Source: Vairimorpha necatrix (lineage: Eukaryota). From it: 64,000 bases of DNA. Location: positions 1,178,001 to 1,242,000 of the forward strand of contig CP142727.1 in assembly GCA_036630325.1 (NCBI GenBank). The letters are read 5' to 3'. The notes under the pieces are model-generated. The model was not told the DNA's origin. It made no database searches and was given only the letters and a program-made list of their open reading frames with translations. The stretch's first letter is position 1. The number at the start of each line of letters is the position of its first letter. Below, piece by piece: positions 11,348 to 24,000 of this stretch. The translations under genes were made by a program, and so were the position numbers.

Positions 11348-11776
11348 TTAGCGCTTTTTTTCTATTTTAGACCAGTAAAGTAAAAGTTCTTTAAATTGGA
11401 AATTTCTACATCCAATATTCGTATATTTATAATTTTCAGAACTTTGTTTGTTTATTAGATTTGCTCGTTCTGTTATATATTCTTTTTGTGGTTTTTTATT
11501 AGTTTTTTCTTTTTGTGCTGTTTTATTGTTAGTTATGTGAGGTAATTTACTATCTGATCCAGGATATTCAATATGTTTTAATCCTTTGTTTATATCTAAT
11601 TGAGTTATGGTGTTGTATGAGACATGATGTTTCTTACGTAGTACATATGAAAATACTTTATTTTTATTAGATAATGTCTCATAAAAATCTATAAGGTATT
11701 TAATGGATCTTAATTTAAAAGATCCTCCTTCTATTTTACTCAAGATTATTTCATTATTTATATTATTATCTTTCAT
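11348..11776 (-). CDS. Hypothetical protein, 142 aa
   Basis: ATCCCTTAATTA-ATG start context, intact ORF and tight spacing to the next gene. No domain recognised. Confidence 0.7.
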   Translation of the reverse strand: MKDNNINNEIILSKIEGGSFKLRSIKYLIDFYETLSNKNKVFSYVLRKKHHVSYNTITQLDINKGLKHIEYPGSDSKLPHITNNKTAQKEKTNKKPQKEYITERANLINKQSSENYKYTNIGCRNFQFKELLLYWSKIEKKR

Positions 11777-13739
11777 TAATTAAGGGATAGATTTTTAATA
11801 TCAATAAATATAAATTAAATAAATAAAAAATTTAATTACGAAGTTTCTATTTTTTATTTAATTATAGTTGTTTGATGTAAATTATATTTTTAAGAAGTAA
11901 AAATTAAAATTTAATTTAGATCGTATCGTATAATTTTATGATATTTAATATCAAATTAAAAATTACAACAAAAAAAATATTATTGGTATTATTATATAAT
12001 TTTTTGATAAAGATATGCATAGTGTATGAACTTCAATACTTTTTATCTTGTAAATTATACCAATGAGTTCCTTTATGATTTATAGTTAGAAAGGGGTTGA
12101 CATGAAACACTTTGGGTTTTCATTTGGACTCTTAGTTCATTCAGTATGATTGTTTAGAGAAGTTTCTGATTTTACATAGTATATATAAGTACAATTCTAT
12201 TAACGTTTCAAGAATTATATAAGCGATATATATATTTCTCATTTTTTAATGACAACTATATATTTATGAACTATGATTATAACTTGCAATAATGATTTAT
12301 TTTGACATATCCGTTAAGATGCTACATTTTTTTGTAAGTTGACACATTTAATATAGATATGAAAAAAGAAAATGCCTCAAAAGACTACGAACATAATCGA
12401 TACATTGCTGTAAGAAATATTATAGAGACGACTAATTAACAAAAAAGGCAAAAAGTTTATATTAGATTTTAAATATAGACTTTAAACAAATTACTCGCTC
12501 TAATCAAATCTCAAACTAATTTTTATTTAGTATTTTGTTATACAAATTTACTATAAATTATTTTTAATATTGCTAGAACATTACTAAGGATAGATAAATT
12601 TGTTAAAAACATCATTTTTTAAAACTCACTCGTAATTTTACATCTAACTCTCTGGAATTCTAGAGTGATGCTTATGAAAGTATTCTTGCAGGCCATCGAT
12701 CAATATAAGCTTGATTTTGATGATAAATTTTACGCACCCCTATGTTTAACGATTAGTACTTAGTGACTATACAATCATGTTGGACATATCTATAGTTATT
12801 TTGGTTTTACATGGATTATCATGCCAATTTATAGCCAAATGTTTCCTATGTAATTATTCCAAATTTACAACCGAAGTTTGGCAATCGATGCAACGTCTAG
12901 TTCTACTATCAAAAAAATTTTATTGCATTATACATAACTACTCATCATGATTCTTTCTATTCTTATACACTTTTATTAATATAATTTCCATTGAATTCTA
13001 ATCACGCTATCTCAAATTGGTATCAGTGTGCGAGCGGTGTTCATAAAGGCTTAGTTTGACACCAACAGCACTAATATTGTAGATATAATGTCTTAGAGTT
13101 ATCACACAGTCTATATAAAGTTTATAGATAAATAATAAAGTATATGACATTAAGTGAGACTATATATTGTCGTAAAGTTTTAGGAGTAATAAACACGTTG
13201 GTTGTTATGAGAAATATCCGTAGATATATTGCAAACAAAATCCTATAGGAGAACTCTGTCGAATAAGAATATTAAAAAACAATATAAAACAATTAAACTA
13301 GAATCACTATATTTTATTATAACGTGTCGCGAATACAACTACAAGTACAGCGAACCTTTCTAAAGCAGACTATTGGCTTTAATTCCAGTATGTACAACCA
13401 ATTTTAAATATAATTTTATTTTAAAATGATATTTATATACTTAGACTTCTTAGATAGAGGCTCTTTTCATCATAGATGAGGTTTGTTGAAATAATATATA
13501 GATAATCCGAGATTTAATTTGTTATGATGACGTGAAAGTGAATATATAAACATAATAAATATATCTGAATACTGCAATTACTCAATAAAAAACAACATTT
13601 AGAAAATTATCTAAACGTTTTGTAATCCAATTAAATCGTTTTAAAATATATTCTTTAATATCATAAATAATAAGATAAATGGTTATAAGTATAATCGCTT
13701 AAACAATAAAAATCAATCTACAAATTAAAAATCAAAGAA

Positions 13740-14445
13740 TATATTTCAACGAAAACAATTCGATATTTGGCTATTATTAGCAATATCTTCATCTTTTTTT
13801 GTATCAAATGTATTTATTTTATGGAGTAAACATCGAAATCTCTTGCGTGATTTGGAATCATCATTTCATTTGTTCGTTTAATTTTTGATTAAATTTCTTA
13901 TTTCGTGAATTAAATTTGCATTTCAATCGCGTTTATATTGGCATCTTTATCATCAATTAATTTAGTGTCTTCGTCATTAATGGCAATAGTATCTTCATCA
14001 TCAATAACTCTAGTCGTGTTTTTTGTTTCATTTGTATCTTCTTTGTGGTCAGTTTAACTAAACTCTATACATGGTTCCCCGTTGCAAGATTTACGTTAAT
14101 GAATTACATTATATTTGATTGTCCATCATTATAATAATTTCACCTCTTTTGTGTGTTGACAAAATATTTTTTTTTTTAAAGAAATATATATTAAGTTATA
14201 TTTAATGCATATAGTTGATGTTTCAACTCTTCATTATTAAAAGTACTAAATTCAGATTTTATAAAAATTTTTACACAAAATAATTGGTACTTAATTGTTA
14301 GAGATACGCGAAGTTCGACAAATGAATTTTCTTTTGAAAGATTCATCGTCTAACACAAGAGCAGCAATTATTTGGCGCTGATTATGTACATCATATAAAT
14401 ATAAAGTACTACAAACAATTCCAATATAAACTATAAAATCAACAT
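13740..14445 (-). pseudogene. Degraded paralogue of the 15877-16608 surface-protein gene
   Basis: High nucleotide similarity to 16280-16608, e.g. shared GAGATACGCGAAGTTCGACAAATGAATTTTCTTTT, AGATTCATCGTCTAACACAAGA and CACCTCTTTTGTGTGTTGACAAAAT. Has the same CCC...ATG context but carries frameshifts and stops. The left boundary is approximate. Confidence 0.85.
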
Positions 14446-15876
14446 ATATAAAAGGGTGTTTTTTGTCCCACATTAAGATTTTTATAACAAATACTAGCAT
14501 TCTAAAGTCATTTATATGAGCTATCAAAATTGATTCATTGTTTATGATACAGAAAGTAAAATTTTATTACAAAATATTATTTGCACAACGACGAAACAAA
14601 AAATATAAATATTAAGTAAACCTCCAAAAATATAAAATAACAACTATTTTGTCTCTCTTAAATTTGTATTAATATTATTAAAGTGAATATATGTTGAAAT
14701 TTACCATATATTAAAATTCATCAAAATAATAAAACTGTGTGAGTATAATACATATCCTGGTTATATATATAATATAATGATTCTGCAATATAAATAAAAA
14801 TATGAGTTATTTAACATCTTATAACAGAGACAGTTCGAATTGTTTGTGAATTCTAAAAAAGTTTCAAAATAGCGACACTTATGTTGGTAAAGTGTCGATA
14901 TAATTCTGATAACTTTTGATTTTTATTTTTTATAAGCAAAGACATTGGGGGAAACGAAACATTGATAAGCATATATCGATATTGTTTTTTCATAAATGAG
15001 ACTATGAGAATTTATTTAAACAACAGTCTTCCTTGTAAAAGGGGGACAATGGAGAATGTTCAGACTGCAAATTACACAAGGCAGGGGATTATCGTCAATT
15101 ATATATATATTATATTTAGCATATAATGAAAAATTTATTATCGGGTCGAATGATATGGTTACTAATATTTCACACTATAAATTAAGTTCTATTATTTTAT
15201 TCACTTTCAATTTTCTCACCACTAATGACATCAATACTATCGCACTCTTAAGCAACCCTGATCACTTATATATCACAAGCCACTATGCTCATATTGGAAT
15301 TATTATCGTAAATTTCAGTTACTTTTATGTTTCTCATACTCTTTCTAAGCTAAAACGGCCAACATATATTTACATCAATTTATTTCTTTGTTGTTACTTT
15401 TAATAGATTATATCCGTTCGGTTAGATAGTTCTTACGTCGTTCCCGGGTTTTTACTTTTTTTTCTGTCAATCGCTTTAACAATTAAAGCAAGAAATTCCT
15501 ACATACCATCTAAAAAATTTGATGCCGTTTTGAGACAATACAGAAATTATATAAAAAAGAAACGGGATTAATCATTAGAAGTTAAATTGTTGTTTTTAAT
15601 ATCAATGAACCAACCCAATATGGTCATTTTATCATACTTTTATGATTTTTCTGTAATGATCTTAAAACAGGACAATACTTGTTTATTTTTTGAATTTTCC
15701 AAATACAAAACGACAATATAAAATTGTAAATACCATTTTTTATGCAATTATAATAGTTTGTTACCAATTAAATTGATTTTAATTTTTATTAAGGACGTCT
15801 TTATATGGAATTTGTTTTTTTTTGGACACATTACGCCGTAAAAAATATTATAAAAATATTGAAATTTTTTATTTGA

Positions 15877-16608
15877 TCAGATATATTGTTTATGATGCAA
15901 ACAAAAAATAACGTGCATAGAAATGGAAATAAAAAATAAAATAGTACTCGTAGAAAAAGAAGAATTGTTATTCTCTGTTGGATAATCATGAGAAGTACTT
16001 TTTGATTCATTGTTTTTAGTATCAGATTCGCTTGAATTTATATCATGAAAGTCTTGTTTCTCGGATTGTTCTGTTATCATGGTATTGTATGAATCTTCTA
16101 ATAACATAACTTCTGTATTTTCAATTTTATCAATTACATTAGTATTTTCTTTCTCGGATTTTAGTACCTTGTTAAGTGCTTTCAAAGATTCTGCTTTTTT
16201 GGCCAATTTGACTGAACACCAGACTTTGTTCTTAATGTTAAGATCTACATTATTGTATATTACTTTATGATAATGTCCATAATTTATAATAACTTCACCT
16301 CTTTTGTGTGTTGACAAAATGTTACTATTATAAAAGAAAATGGTATTATTTTGAATATAATGAACACAAAGTTGCTGTTTCAAGTCTTCATTATCGAAAG
16401 TACTAAATCCGATTTCTTCATTAAAATTTTTACAATGAAATAATTGGTACTTAGTTGTTGGAGATACGCGAAGTTCGACAAATGAATTTTCTTTTACTGC
16501 AGATTCATCGTCTAACACAAGAATAGCAATGGTTTGGGGTTGATTATGTACATTATATAAATATAAAGTACTAAAAACCATTTTAATATGAACTAGAAAA
16601 ATCAACAT
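15877..16608 (-). CDS. Putative surface or membrane-anchored protein, 243 aa (signal peptide, globular domain, S/T/E/N-rich linker, C-terminal hydrophobic segment)
   Basis: ACCCTTAATATATAT-ATG start, N-terminal MLIFLVHIKMVFS and C-terminal ILFFISISMHVIFCL. Confidence 0.8.
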   Translation of the reverse strand: MLIFLVHIKMVFSTLYLYNVHNQPQTIAILVLDDESAVKENSFVELRVSPTTKYQLFHCKNFNEEIGFSTFDNEDLKQQLCVHYIQNNTIFFYNSNILSTHKRGEVIINYGHYHKVIYNNVDLNIKNKVWCSVKLAKKAESLKALNKVLKSEKENTNVIDKIENTEVMLLEDSYNTMITEQSEKQDFHDINSSESDTKNNESKSTSHDYPTENNNSSFSTSTILFFISISMHVIFCLHHKQYI

Positions 16609-16976
16609 ATATATATTAAGGGTGAAATTTTATTATAAAATATAAAAAACATGATGTGTTTTTTATTAAATTTGCACTTGTTCCTGTTAAAACTTGACAT
16701 AAAAGATCTAGTGTCATTTGGTAAATCCACGTCGACCTTCAGAATTCAAAAAATAATGATTTTTGACATTAATTACAGACAAATGAAATATTTGACATTT
16801 TTTAATATACAGATAATTTTTTTAAACGTGTGTGCAGCACATATTTCTGCATTTTTTGTTATTTTTTATTTCCATCAAAATGCACCATTTTAGTGTGAAC
16901 AATTTACTAAAGTATTGAAACAAATTACGTAAAAATGGTAATATTATTAATCAACAGCTTTAAAATAAGAACTATT

Positions 16977-18018
16977 GGCTAAAACAGCAATAGTGTAAAA
17001 AACATGGGGGTCCAAATTTTTAAAAAATTGCCCCTTTTTTAAAAAAGAAAGTGAATGCTGAGTAAGGAAGAAATTGAAAATTTTTACGAACGTCTACTAA
17101 ACAAGAATATAAGCAGAAATGTACAATGTTTTGTTGGAATACATCTAGAGTATCTAACGAAACGGCTTATTTGAGATGCAAGTTTCCCAAATGAAGGCTC
17201 GGATTTTTCAATTTGGAATAATACTTTATTTTCAAATAGTAAGATAGATCATCTTATTATTTGAAAATTTTTAATCTTAGGATATTGGGACTTTAAATAG
17301 CGCATATTTCTAAAATTTTGGACTGTAATATTCAAAATGTAAGTTATACACTTGAGAAATTATATAAATTAAAAATTTTAAGAAATATTTAAATAAGACA
17401 AAACAAATAGGAGGTGAAAATATTATAGTGGAGATCGATGAAAGCAAAATAGGTAAGAATAAATACCACAGCGGAAGATTGGTCAAAGGTTTTTGGTGTT
17501 TCGGGATGGTAGAAAAACAGTAGAAAAGAAGATAATCTTTGTCATAATAAATAAAAGAAACAAGGATACATTGCTGCCAATCTTATTTAAGCATGTAAAT
17601 TTAAAATCCATCATTCATTCCGATATGTGGAAGGCATATATGACTTTAAAAAGCCATTATGCGGACCATAGAACTGTTAATCACAGTCAAACATTTAGAA
17701 ATAATGAAACAGGTGTCCACACAAACACCATCGATTGGAATTAGAGATCTTTGAAAGCCTCTCTTCCCAATAGGTGTAAGAACATAGGAACTTTCAGAAA
17801 TCTATTTAACTTTGTATATGATTAAAAGAAATGAGAGTCAAGACACCTTTGAAACATTATTAAAATTGTGTTTTTGATATATTTTACCTATTTTAATGTT
17901 TATTTAATTACATTTTATTTTTTTTCTGAAATTTTCTCTTCCCTTCCTTTTTTAAAAAAGGGCAATTTTTTAAAAATTTTGATCCCCCATGGCTTTTACA
18001 CTAATGCTGTTTTTAGCC
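16977..18018 (+). mobile_element. Merlin (IS1595/ISXO2-like DDE) DNA transposon with pseudogenised transposase
   Basis: Imperfect ~70-bp TIRs (GGCTAAAACAGCAATAGTGTAAAA... / ...TTTTACACTAATGCTGTTTTTAGCC). Motifs IIVEIDESKIGKNKYHSGR, IHSDMWKAY, HRTVNHS and GVHTNTIDWN* occur with frameshifts and stops. The TSD is not clearly preserved. Confidence 0.9.
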
Positions 18019-18399
18019 ATTTTATTGATAGTGATATTTAAAAAAATTTAGAATAATTTTTAGACAATTTCTTTAATCAAATATACAATTATTTACAACT
18101 TGTAAAACCATAAATGGTCCCAATTTCTGCCCTTTTTTACTCTTAATTTCTTGAATTTCATTTTAAGGGTAGAAAAATAAAAAAGAACGGCCCTCCAATT
18201 ATGGGTTGATAATACTTCTTTTTTAAAATATCAAATAGATGATTATAATTATATTTATTATGCATTATCTAAAATTTTTATTAATAAACAATTAAAAAGA
18301 ATAATATTTTTCATAAAAACTTATTCATATTCAAGTCAAAAGATCTTTAAAAAAACCAAAGACATCTTCTTTTATTTTTCGGTTTAACTTACCCTGTTC

Positions 18400-19446
18400 A
18401 TGAATAAAAAATATCTCAATTGGACTGAGAAACATAAGCCGCTTAGATTTACAGATCTTGTTTTTGCAGAAGATGTTCATATCAAATTGTTGAATATATT
18501 TAAAGGATTAGATGACAAATCTGTAATAATCTTAACTGGTCCCGTGAGTTCGGGCAAGAGTACTCTAGTTAGAATAATGTGCGATCTTTTCAAGTATAAT
18601 ATAATAGAAAGTACTTGCTCTAGTAATACTATCGATAATAAAAAGAATATTATGGTTATAGAAGACGTAGAACAGAATTATAAACTTCCAAGTTATAAAA
18701 AATTTCCATTAATCATAACTTCGACATATAATTTGAGTGATAGAAATTTACAAAACATTTATAAAGCCAAAGATTTGAAAATTAATAACATCCATATCAA
18801 AAGACTAGACTACGATCTAATTAGGATTATAATTGATAAAATATACAAAATAGAAAAAATGGATTTCAAATCTTACACAAAACTAATAAAAAATTGTGAT
18901 TATGATCTTCGGTCAATTATCAATAACTTACAAATTAGGAATTTGAATTTAGTCAGTAAAGAATTTATAAATCCATATGATATTTTTACTAAACATCTAA
19001 AATGGAATCAATTCGATAATAAAAATATAAACTTTGTGTATTCTGCCTATATAAATGAAGCAACAAGCGTGGCATCAGACGCCTTTTCTTTATATGACAT
19101 TTTAGGCGAAAAATATTATTATTTGCCACTTAGCAGAGTTAACCAGAAAAGAAATAAAAATGTACAAATAATAAAAAACACTGAAAGCAAAAAAGAAAAT
19201 GTTTCTTACAAAGATCACTACTCTTATTTATTAAATGTAAAGACAAAAAGCCCCAAAAACATATTGTATTTAACTGAATCTATAAAAAGAAAATGTGTAG
19301 GCTTTACAATTGACGAAATACAAAATATAAAAAAACCAAAAGAAGAAGTTAGGGAATCAAACGAAAAATTTAGTTTTATTTATAAAAAAGGCGTATCTAA
19401 ATGTTGTAAGAGATATTTGTCTTTAGAGGAATTTATTAATTTGTAA
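18400..19446 (+). CDS. CTF18: CTF18-like alternative RFC clamp-loader large subunit (AAA+), 348 aa
   Basis: WTEKHKPLRFTDL (RFC box II), Walker A GPVSSGKST and CDYDLRSIINNLQ. The C-terminal FIYKKGVSKCCKRYLSLEEF resembles the Ctf18 tail YxEGFSNAVRKxV. ACCCTGTTC-ATG start. Confidence 0.8.
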   Translation: MNKKYLNWTEKHKPLRFTDLVFAEDVHIKLLNIFKGLDDKSVIILTGPVSSGKSTLVRIMCDLFKYNIIESTCSSNTIDNKKNIMVIEDVEQNYKLPSYKKFPLIITSTYNLSDRNLQNIYKAKDLKINNIHIKRLDYDLIRIIIDKIYKIEKMDFKSYTKLIKNCDYDLRSIINNLQIRNLNLVSKEFINPYDIFTKHLKWNQFDNKNINFVYSAYINEATSVASDAFSLYDILGEKYYYLPLSRVNQKRNKNVQIIKNTESKKENVSYKDHYSYLLNVKTKSPKNILYLTESIKRKCVGFTIDEIQNIKKPKEEVRESNEKFSFIYKKGVSKCCKRYLSLEEFINL

Positions 19447-19777
19447 GCATAAAATATAATTTATTTTGACATACAATTTTTTTTAAAAATGTGCAAACAT
19501 TAGTAATGTTGTTTAATATGTTATTTAAGATTTTTTTGAATATATCGCATCACAAAGAGAACGCCGTTATGATTTCTTTTTCATCAGAATATGTCTTCAT
19601 ATTTCTTCTGATTATCGCGACAGAAAAATTTATATTGTCAAACTGTTTATTATAATTTTCCATCCCCTCTTTTGGAAATGTTTTTAAATAGTTTTAGTAG
19701 CCAATCAAATACTTACATTTGTCGAAAGATGATTGGCTAGTTTTTGATGGGCTACGACATATATGTTTTATAAACTA

Positions 19778-20295
19778 CTAGCGTATGCTTTCCCGTTTTG
19801 AAAACGGGATAAATGTGTTTGTTTTATAATATGTCCCGTCTCGGTAAATTTTGTAAAAATTCCATTTTTGGCTGATTAAATTTGACAGAGTTTAGACATG
19901 ATTTTTAAAAATACTTTTTAGTGACATATAAGGAGTAATGTTGTTGTAAAACACTTAAAAATCATAATTAGATAATTTTGAATACTTCTAAGCTCAATTT
20001 TTGACACTTACATGTAAGATCTTCATTGGTTATATGTTTTTGCAATTTTTCTAGAAGGGTTAAATAAATTCTAAAAAACGATTCTGACGATATTTTGGAA
20101 CTGAGTTATACAAAAATAATAAATCTAATAAAAATGCATTAATATATATTATACGCACTTACAATTATCAAATTTAAGCACTGAGTTTAAATTTGATATT
20201 ACAATGACACAATAAGCTATAATAAGAAGTTTAATATTTTTAAAACCACAAAAAAGAGGGGTAAAAAATTAAATAAAATTCTTTTATATATATGA
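19778..20295 (-). mobile_element. Non-autonomous Helitron, unit 1 (518 bp)
   Basis: Minus strand starts TCATATATATAAAAGAATTTTATTTAATTTTTTACCCC, the same 5' end as the autonomous element. It ends with hairpin TCCCGTTTT-C-AAAACGGGA, 9 nt and CTAG, followed by T. Confidence 0.92.
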
Positions 20296-20298
20296 TGA

Positions 20299-20821
20299 CT
20301 AGCGTATGCTTTCCCGTTTTGAAAACGGGAATTAATATGTTTTGTTTTATAATATGTCCCGCCTCGGTAAATTTTGGTAAGTTTCCATTTTGGGATGATT
20401 GAATTTGGCAGGGTAAAGGCATGTTTATTAGAAATACTTTTTAGTAACATATAGAGAGTAAAGTTGAGTTAAAAACACTTATGAGTTATATTTAAAAAAT
20501 TTTGGGAAGTTCTAAGCTCAATTTTTGACACTTACATTCAGCTTTTTCTTTGGTTAATTGTTTTTTGGATTTTTCGTGGAAGGGTTAAATAAATTCTAAA
20601 AAACGATTCTGACGATATTTTGGAACTGAGTTTTCTATAAATAATAAATAGTTTAGAAAGGCATTAATATATAGTATGCGCACTTACAATTATCAAATTT
20701 AAGCATTGAGTTCAAATTTGATATTATAATACTTTAATAAGACCAAAAGTAATAGTTTAGAAATTTCAAAGTCACAAAAAAGAGGGGTAAAAAATTAAAT
20801 AAAATTCTTTTATATATATGA
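20299..20821 (-). mobile_element. Non-autonomous Helitron, unit 2 (523 bp)
   Basis: Same 5' TC terminus and hairpin-CTAG 3' terminus as unit 1; the interior is clearly diverged from unit 1. Confidence 0.92.
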
Positions 20822-20913
20822 TATACTAGTGTATACAGACCCGTTCTTAGAACGGGTTGTTTGTGTTTGCATGGGTACATGTTTTAATTTTATCACATTA
20901 TGTTTATTCTTTA

Positions 20914-21030
20914 AAAAAATGGCATAGTATCTGTACGCTCACGCCGCATTTTACCATCTTTTATCTCATCCTTATTGGAAAAAATGGCATAGTTCTTGTA
21001 CGCTCACGGCGCATTTCTCCATCTCTTGGC
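20914..21030. repeat. Tandem duplication (~65-bp period, 2 copies) in the Helitron 3' subterminal region
   Basis: AAAAATGGCATAGTATCTGTACGCTCACGCCGCATTTTACCATCT and AAAAATGGCATAGTTCTTGTACGCTCACGGCGCATTTCTCCATCT. Confidence 0.85.
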
Positions 21031-21032
21031 TC

Positions 21033-24000
21033 TTATGGGCCAATTAGTTCACGTAGAATTACATTTTTGACATTGCCCCCGTTTCCCCCCAACTTGACTC
21101 TCAAGTTTTCACTCTTCTTCACTCTTGACAAAGCTACGTATAATTGACCATGAGAAAATACATCCTCAGGCAAATACACTCCCACTTTGTCAAAAGACTG
21201 TCCCTGTGCTTTATGTATTGTCATAGCATATGACAATACCACAGGAAACTGTCTTCTTTTAAGTACAAACGGAAGAAGAGTGTCACTTGGCATCATGTCT
21301 ATCTTTGGTATAACAGCAAGGGTGCCCCTTCCCCTTCCTGTTATTATTTCACCTAAGATGTAATTATCTCTGAGACTTTTTATCTTCAATCTGGTCCCAT
21401 TTAATAATCCATTCTTAGGATCAATATTGCGTAACAACATCACTATTGCCCCTATCTTCAGTACTAACTTATGTGGAGGAAGTCCTGATGGCTGTTGCAT
21501 GTTCAAGAACTCAAGAGGAAATCTCAGTTGTTCTTCGATATCCTCTGATTCTATAGCATCAGAACTCACATATACCCTAGAAGATCCATTAAGTAGGTTT
21601 AACACTTTGGCATTCAATTCATTTGCATGTTCATTTTTGCTCGTTAAGATAATCTTATCAAACAAAGAATCATCACCTGCTTCAATTTTGATTGTTCCAA
21701 AAATGCTATCGACTATGTCTCCTTCTTCAAGATATTCTTTGGGTATCTCCACACATCCTTTACTATCTCTAGTACGCCCCTCACCTATATCTAACAACCA
21801 CTTATTAAACTCCAATTGATTGTAAGATCTCATATTCGTTTCAAGCTTCAGTACACAGACATGTACCCAAAGCCTTGAACTAATTAATGAGTTCTCGATG
21901 ATATCATTTGGAGTACCCTTCATTACAATGGTTGATGTCTGTCTAAAATCACCACCCAACAATAGAGTTTTCCCTCCAAAGATATCATCATTGTTACAGA
22001 GTCTTTTAAGCACCTCATCTATTGCGTTCAATGCATGTTTTGACATCATTGAAACTTCATCTATTAGCAATAAAGAGGCCTTTATTATTTTCTCTGCTTC
22101 GGGAGTATTTCTTTTTAATCTAGATACGCTGGTCTCTGTCAAAGGAACAGGAAGTTTCATACAACTATGCATTGTTCTTCCATCCTTTAATAAATCTGCA
22201 GCAATACCTGTGGTTGCCATCTGTATTGAAGATTTTTTATTCTTGTTTAAATACTCGGTCAGGACATTATATAGATATGTCTTCCCCGATCCTGCTGGTC
22301 CATCTAAAAAGAATAAATTGCCCTTTTTATCAATATTATCTGTTATTTTATCAAAAGCATCCCTCTGCTTTGCATTTAAAGAGGAGATCATCTGATCTAG
22401 ATCTTTTCCATTATCAGAGATAGTTTTTGCCTTCTCGATATAGTTAATCGGCTCATCTAAACCCAGAGCATTTAGACTCCATCCATGAGCATTAACTATA
22501 TCTTTTAATCTACTAATAACTTCGTCTCTACTATTCTGATCTAGATCTTCAGACATATCTCCAAGATACTTATCAAAGAGTTCTTTGGTATTTTTTGGCT
22601 TATTAAAAGCACAAATATATCCAAACAATGCTCTTATTATTGCTGGGGATTCGGTTGCTACTGCCTCATCCAAAGTCCTTTCCCATTCTTTGTCATCTTG
22701 AAGAAGTCCTCTTTCTTCAACCGCTTCTGCAAAAGAACTATAAACTATACCATTTACAGTTCTCAAATCATCATATGATCTAGCCCCCTTTACATTGATC
22801 AATAGGACTCTGAGGCTAAATCTTTCCTTCTCTGTAGGAGATACAGAATAAAGTCTAGTAATTATCTTGCTGTACTTATTCTTTCTCCTTATCCATTCTC
22901 CCCTTTTATATGTATAGTGATAGGGTATCTCACTATATGCAAATTGATTTGCCTCTTCATCAACTTCATTCAACTTGAAGTAGGCTAAAAGAGGGGTCTG
23001 TCTAAGATCAGATAATCTAACAGCTTCCTCTTCTTTCCCTTCTTCGAAAGTGATCAAGTGTTCTTGTGGAAGATGCACAGGAAGTCTATGGATCTTATGA
23101 GATCTCCCATGCATCTTGTATTCCATTAATCTCCAGGTAGCCTCTGGTGCTGAAACATATCTGGAATTCACAAAATGATCAATTTCATTGTTGTCGGTTA
23201 TTCTCATTTCTGCACAATCAAATCCCTTGTAAATATACTTGAAAATATACTTTACTGACTTGATAGAAGTACAAACTTCTACATTGATATGACAGTTGTA
23301 TTTTTCAAGCAAATAAGCATTATAGGGGACCACGTTAGCATTAGTAACAATGTTTCCCCTTACATTGTACTCGGTCCCTCTTATTCTTCGGTATTCAGGA
23401 TATCCGTCATTATTTATCTTTGTTTCAAAGTTATATTCTTTGGGATATTCTTTCGTGCAGACACCATTTTCCATGCATGGACTTGTCAAGTTACTTAGTC
23501 CACATGGTCCATGAATCATATGTTTTGTTACACAGTTGTGTAACATCTCATTGTCCATGGGTGATGGTATTTCTGCACTCACATACTTATCTATTCTTTC
23601 TTCATCCCGAATCTTATCCTTTAACATTATCAATATGTGAGCATGAGGAAGTCCACGTTTCTGAAACTCAATAGAATAGACATGAGCCTCAACTTCCCCA
23701 AATACTCTTCCTGACAAAATCTCCTCCATCATGCTTTTTAATTTTAAGTTGAAGACCTTTGCTACCAAATCAGGCCTATCAACTGCAGTTTGTCCCTCAA
23801 ATAGATTCTCCTTTATCTCCTTCCAATTTGGATTGCAAGTCATAGTAATGAAAAGATCGGGCTTTCCGAAATTTCTTACAATTGACATTGCATCATGGTA
23901 TCTCTCTCTCATATTTCTTGGAGATCCTTGGAAACTTGATGGTAAAATTACAGGCTTAGCATTACTTTCTATTCCATTATTTACATAATCTACTAAGCCT

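Noticed and set aside
19996-20170. GTAAGT (microsporidian splice-donor-like) motifs on the minus strand of the non-autonomous Helitrons
   Set aside because: No ORF is restored by splicing and no clear branch point or acceptor was seen; may simply be part of a repeated CACTTA motif.
20217-20450. Small ORFs 20217-20450, 20240-20422 and 40303-40485 sharing SRFQNGKAYASH
   Set aside because: They are translations across the Helitron hairpin-CTAG/TC junctions; the shared peptide only reflects the conserved termini.
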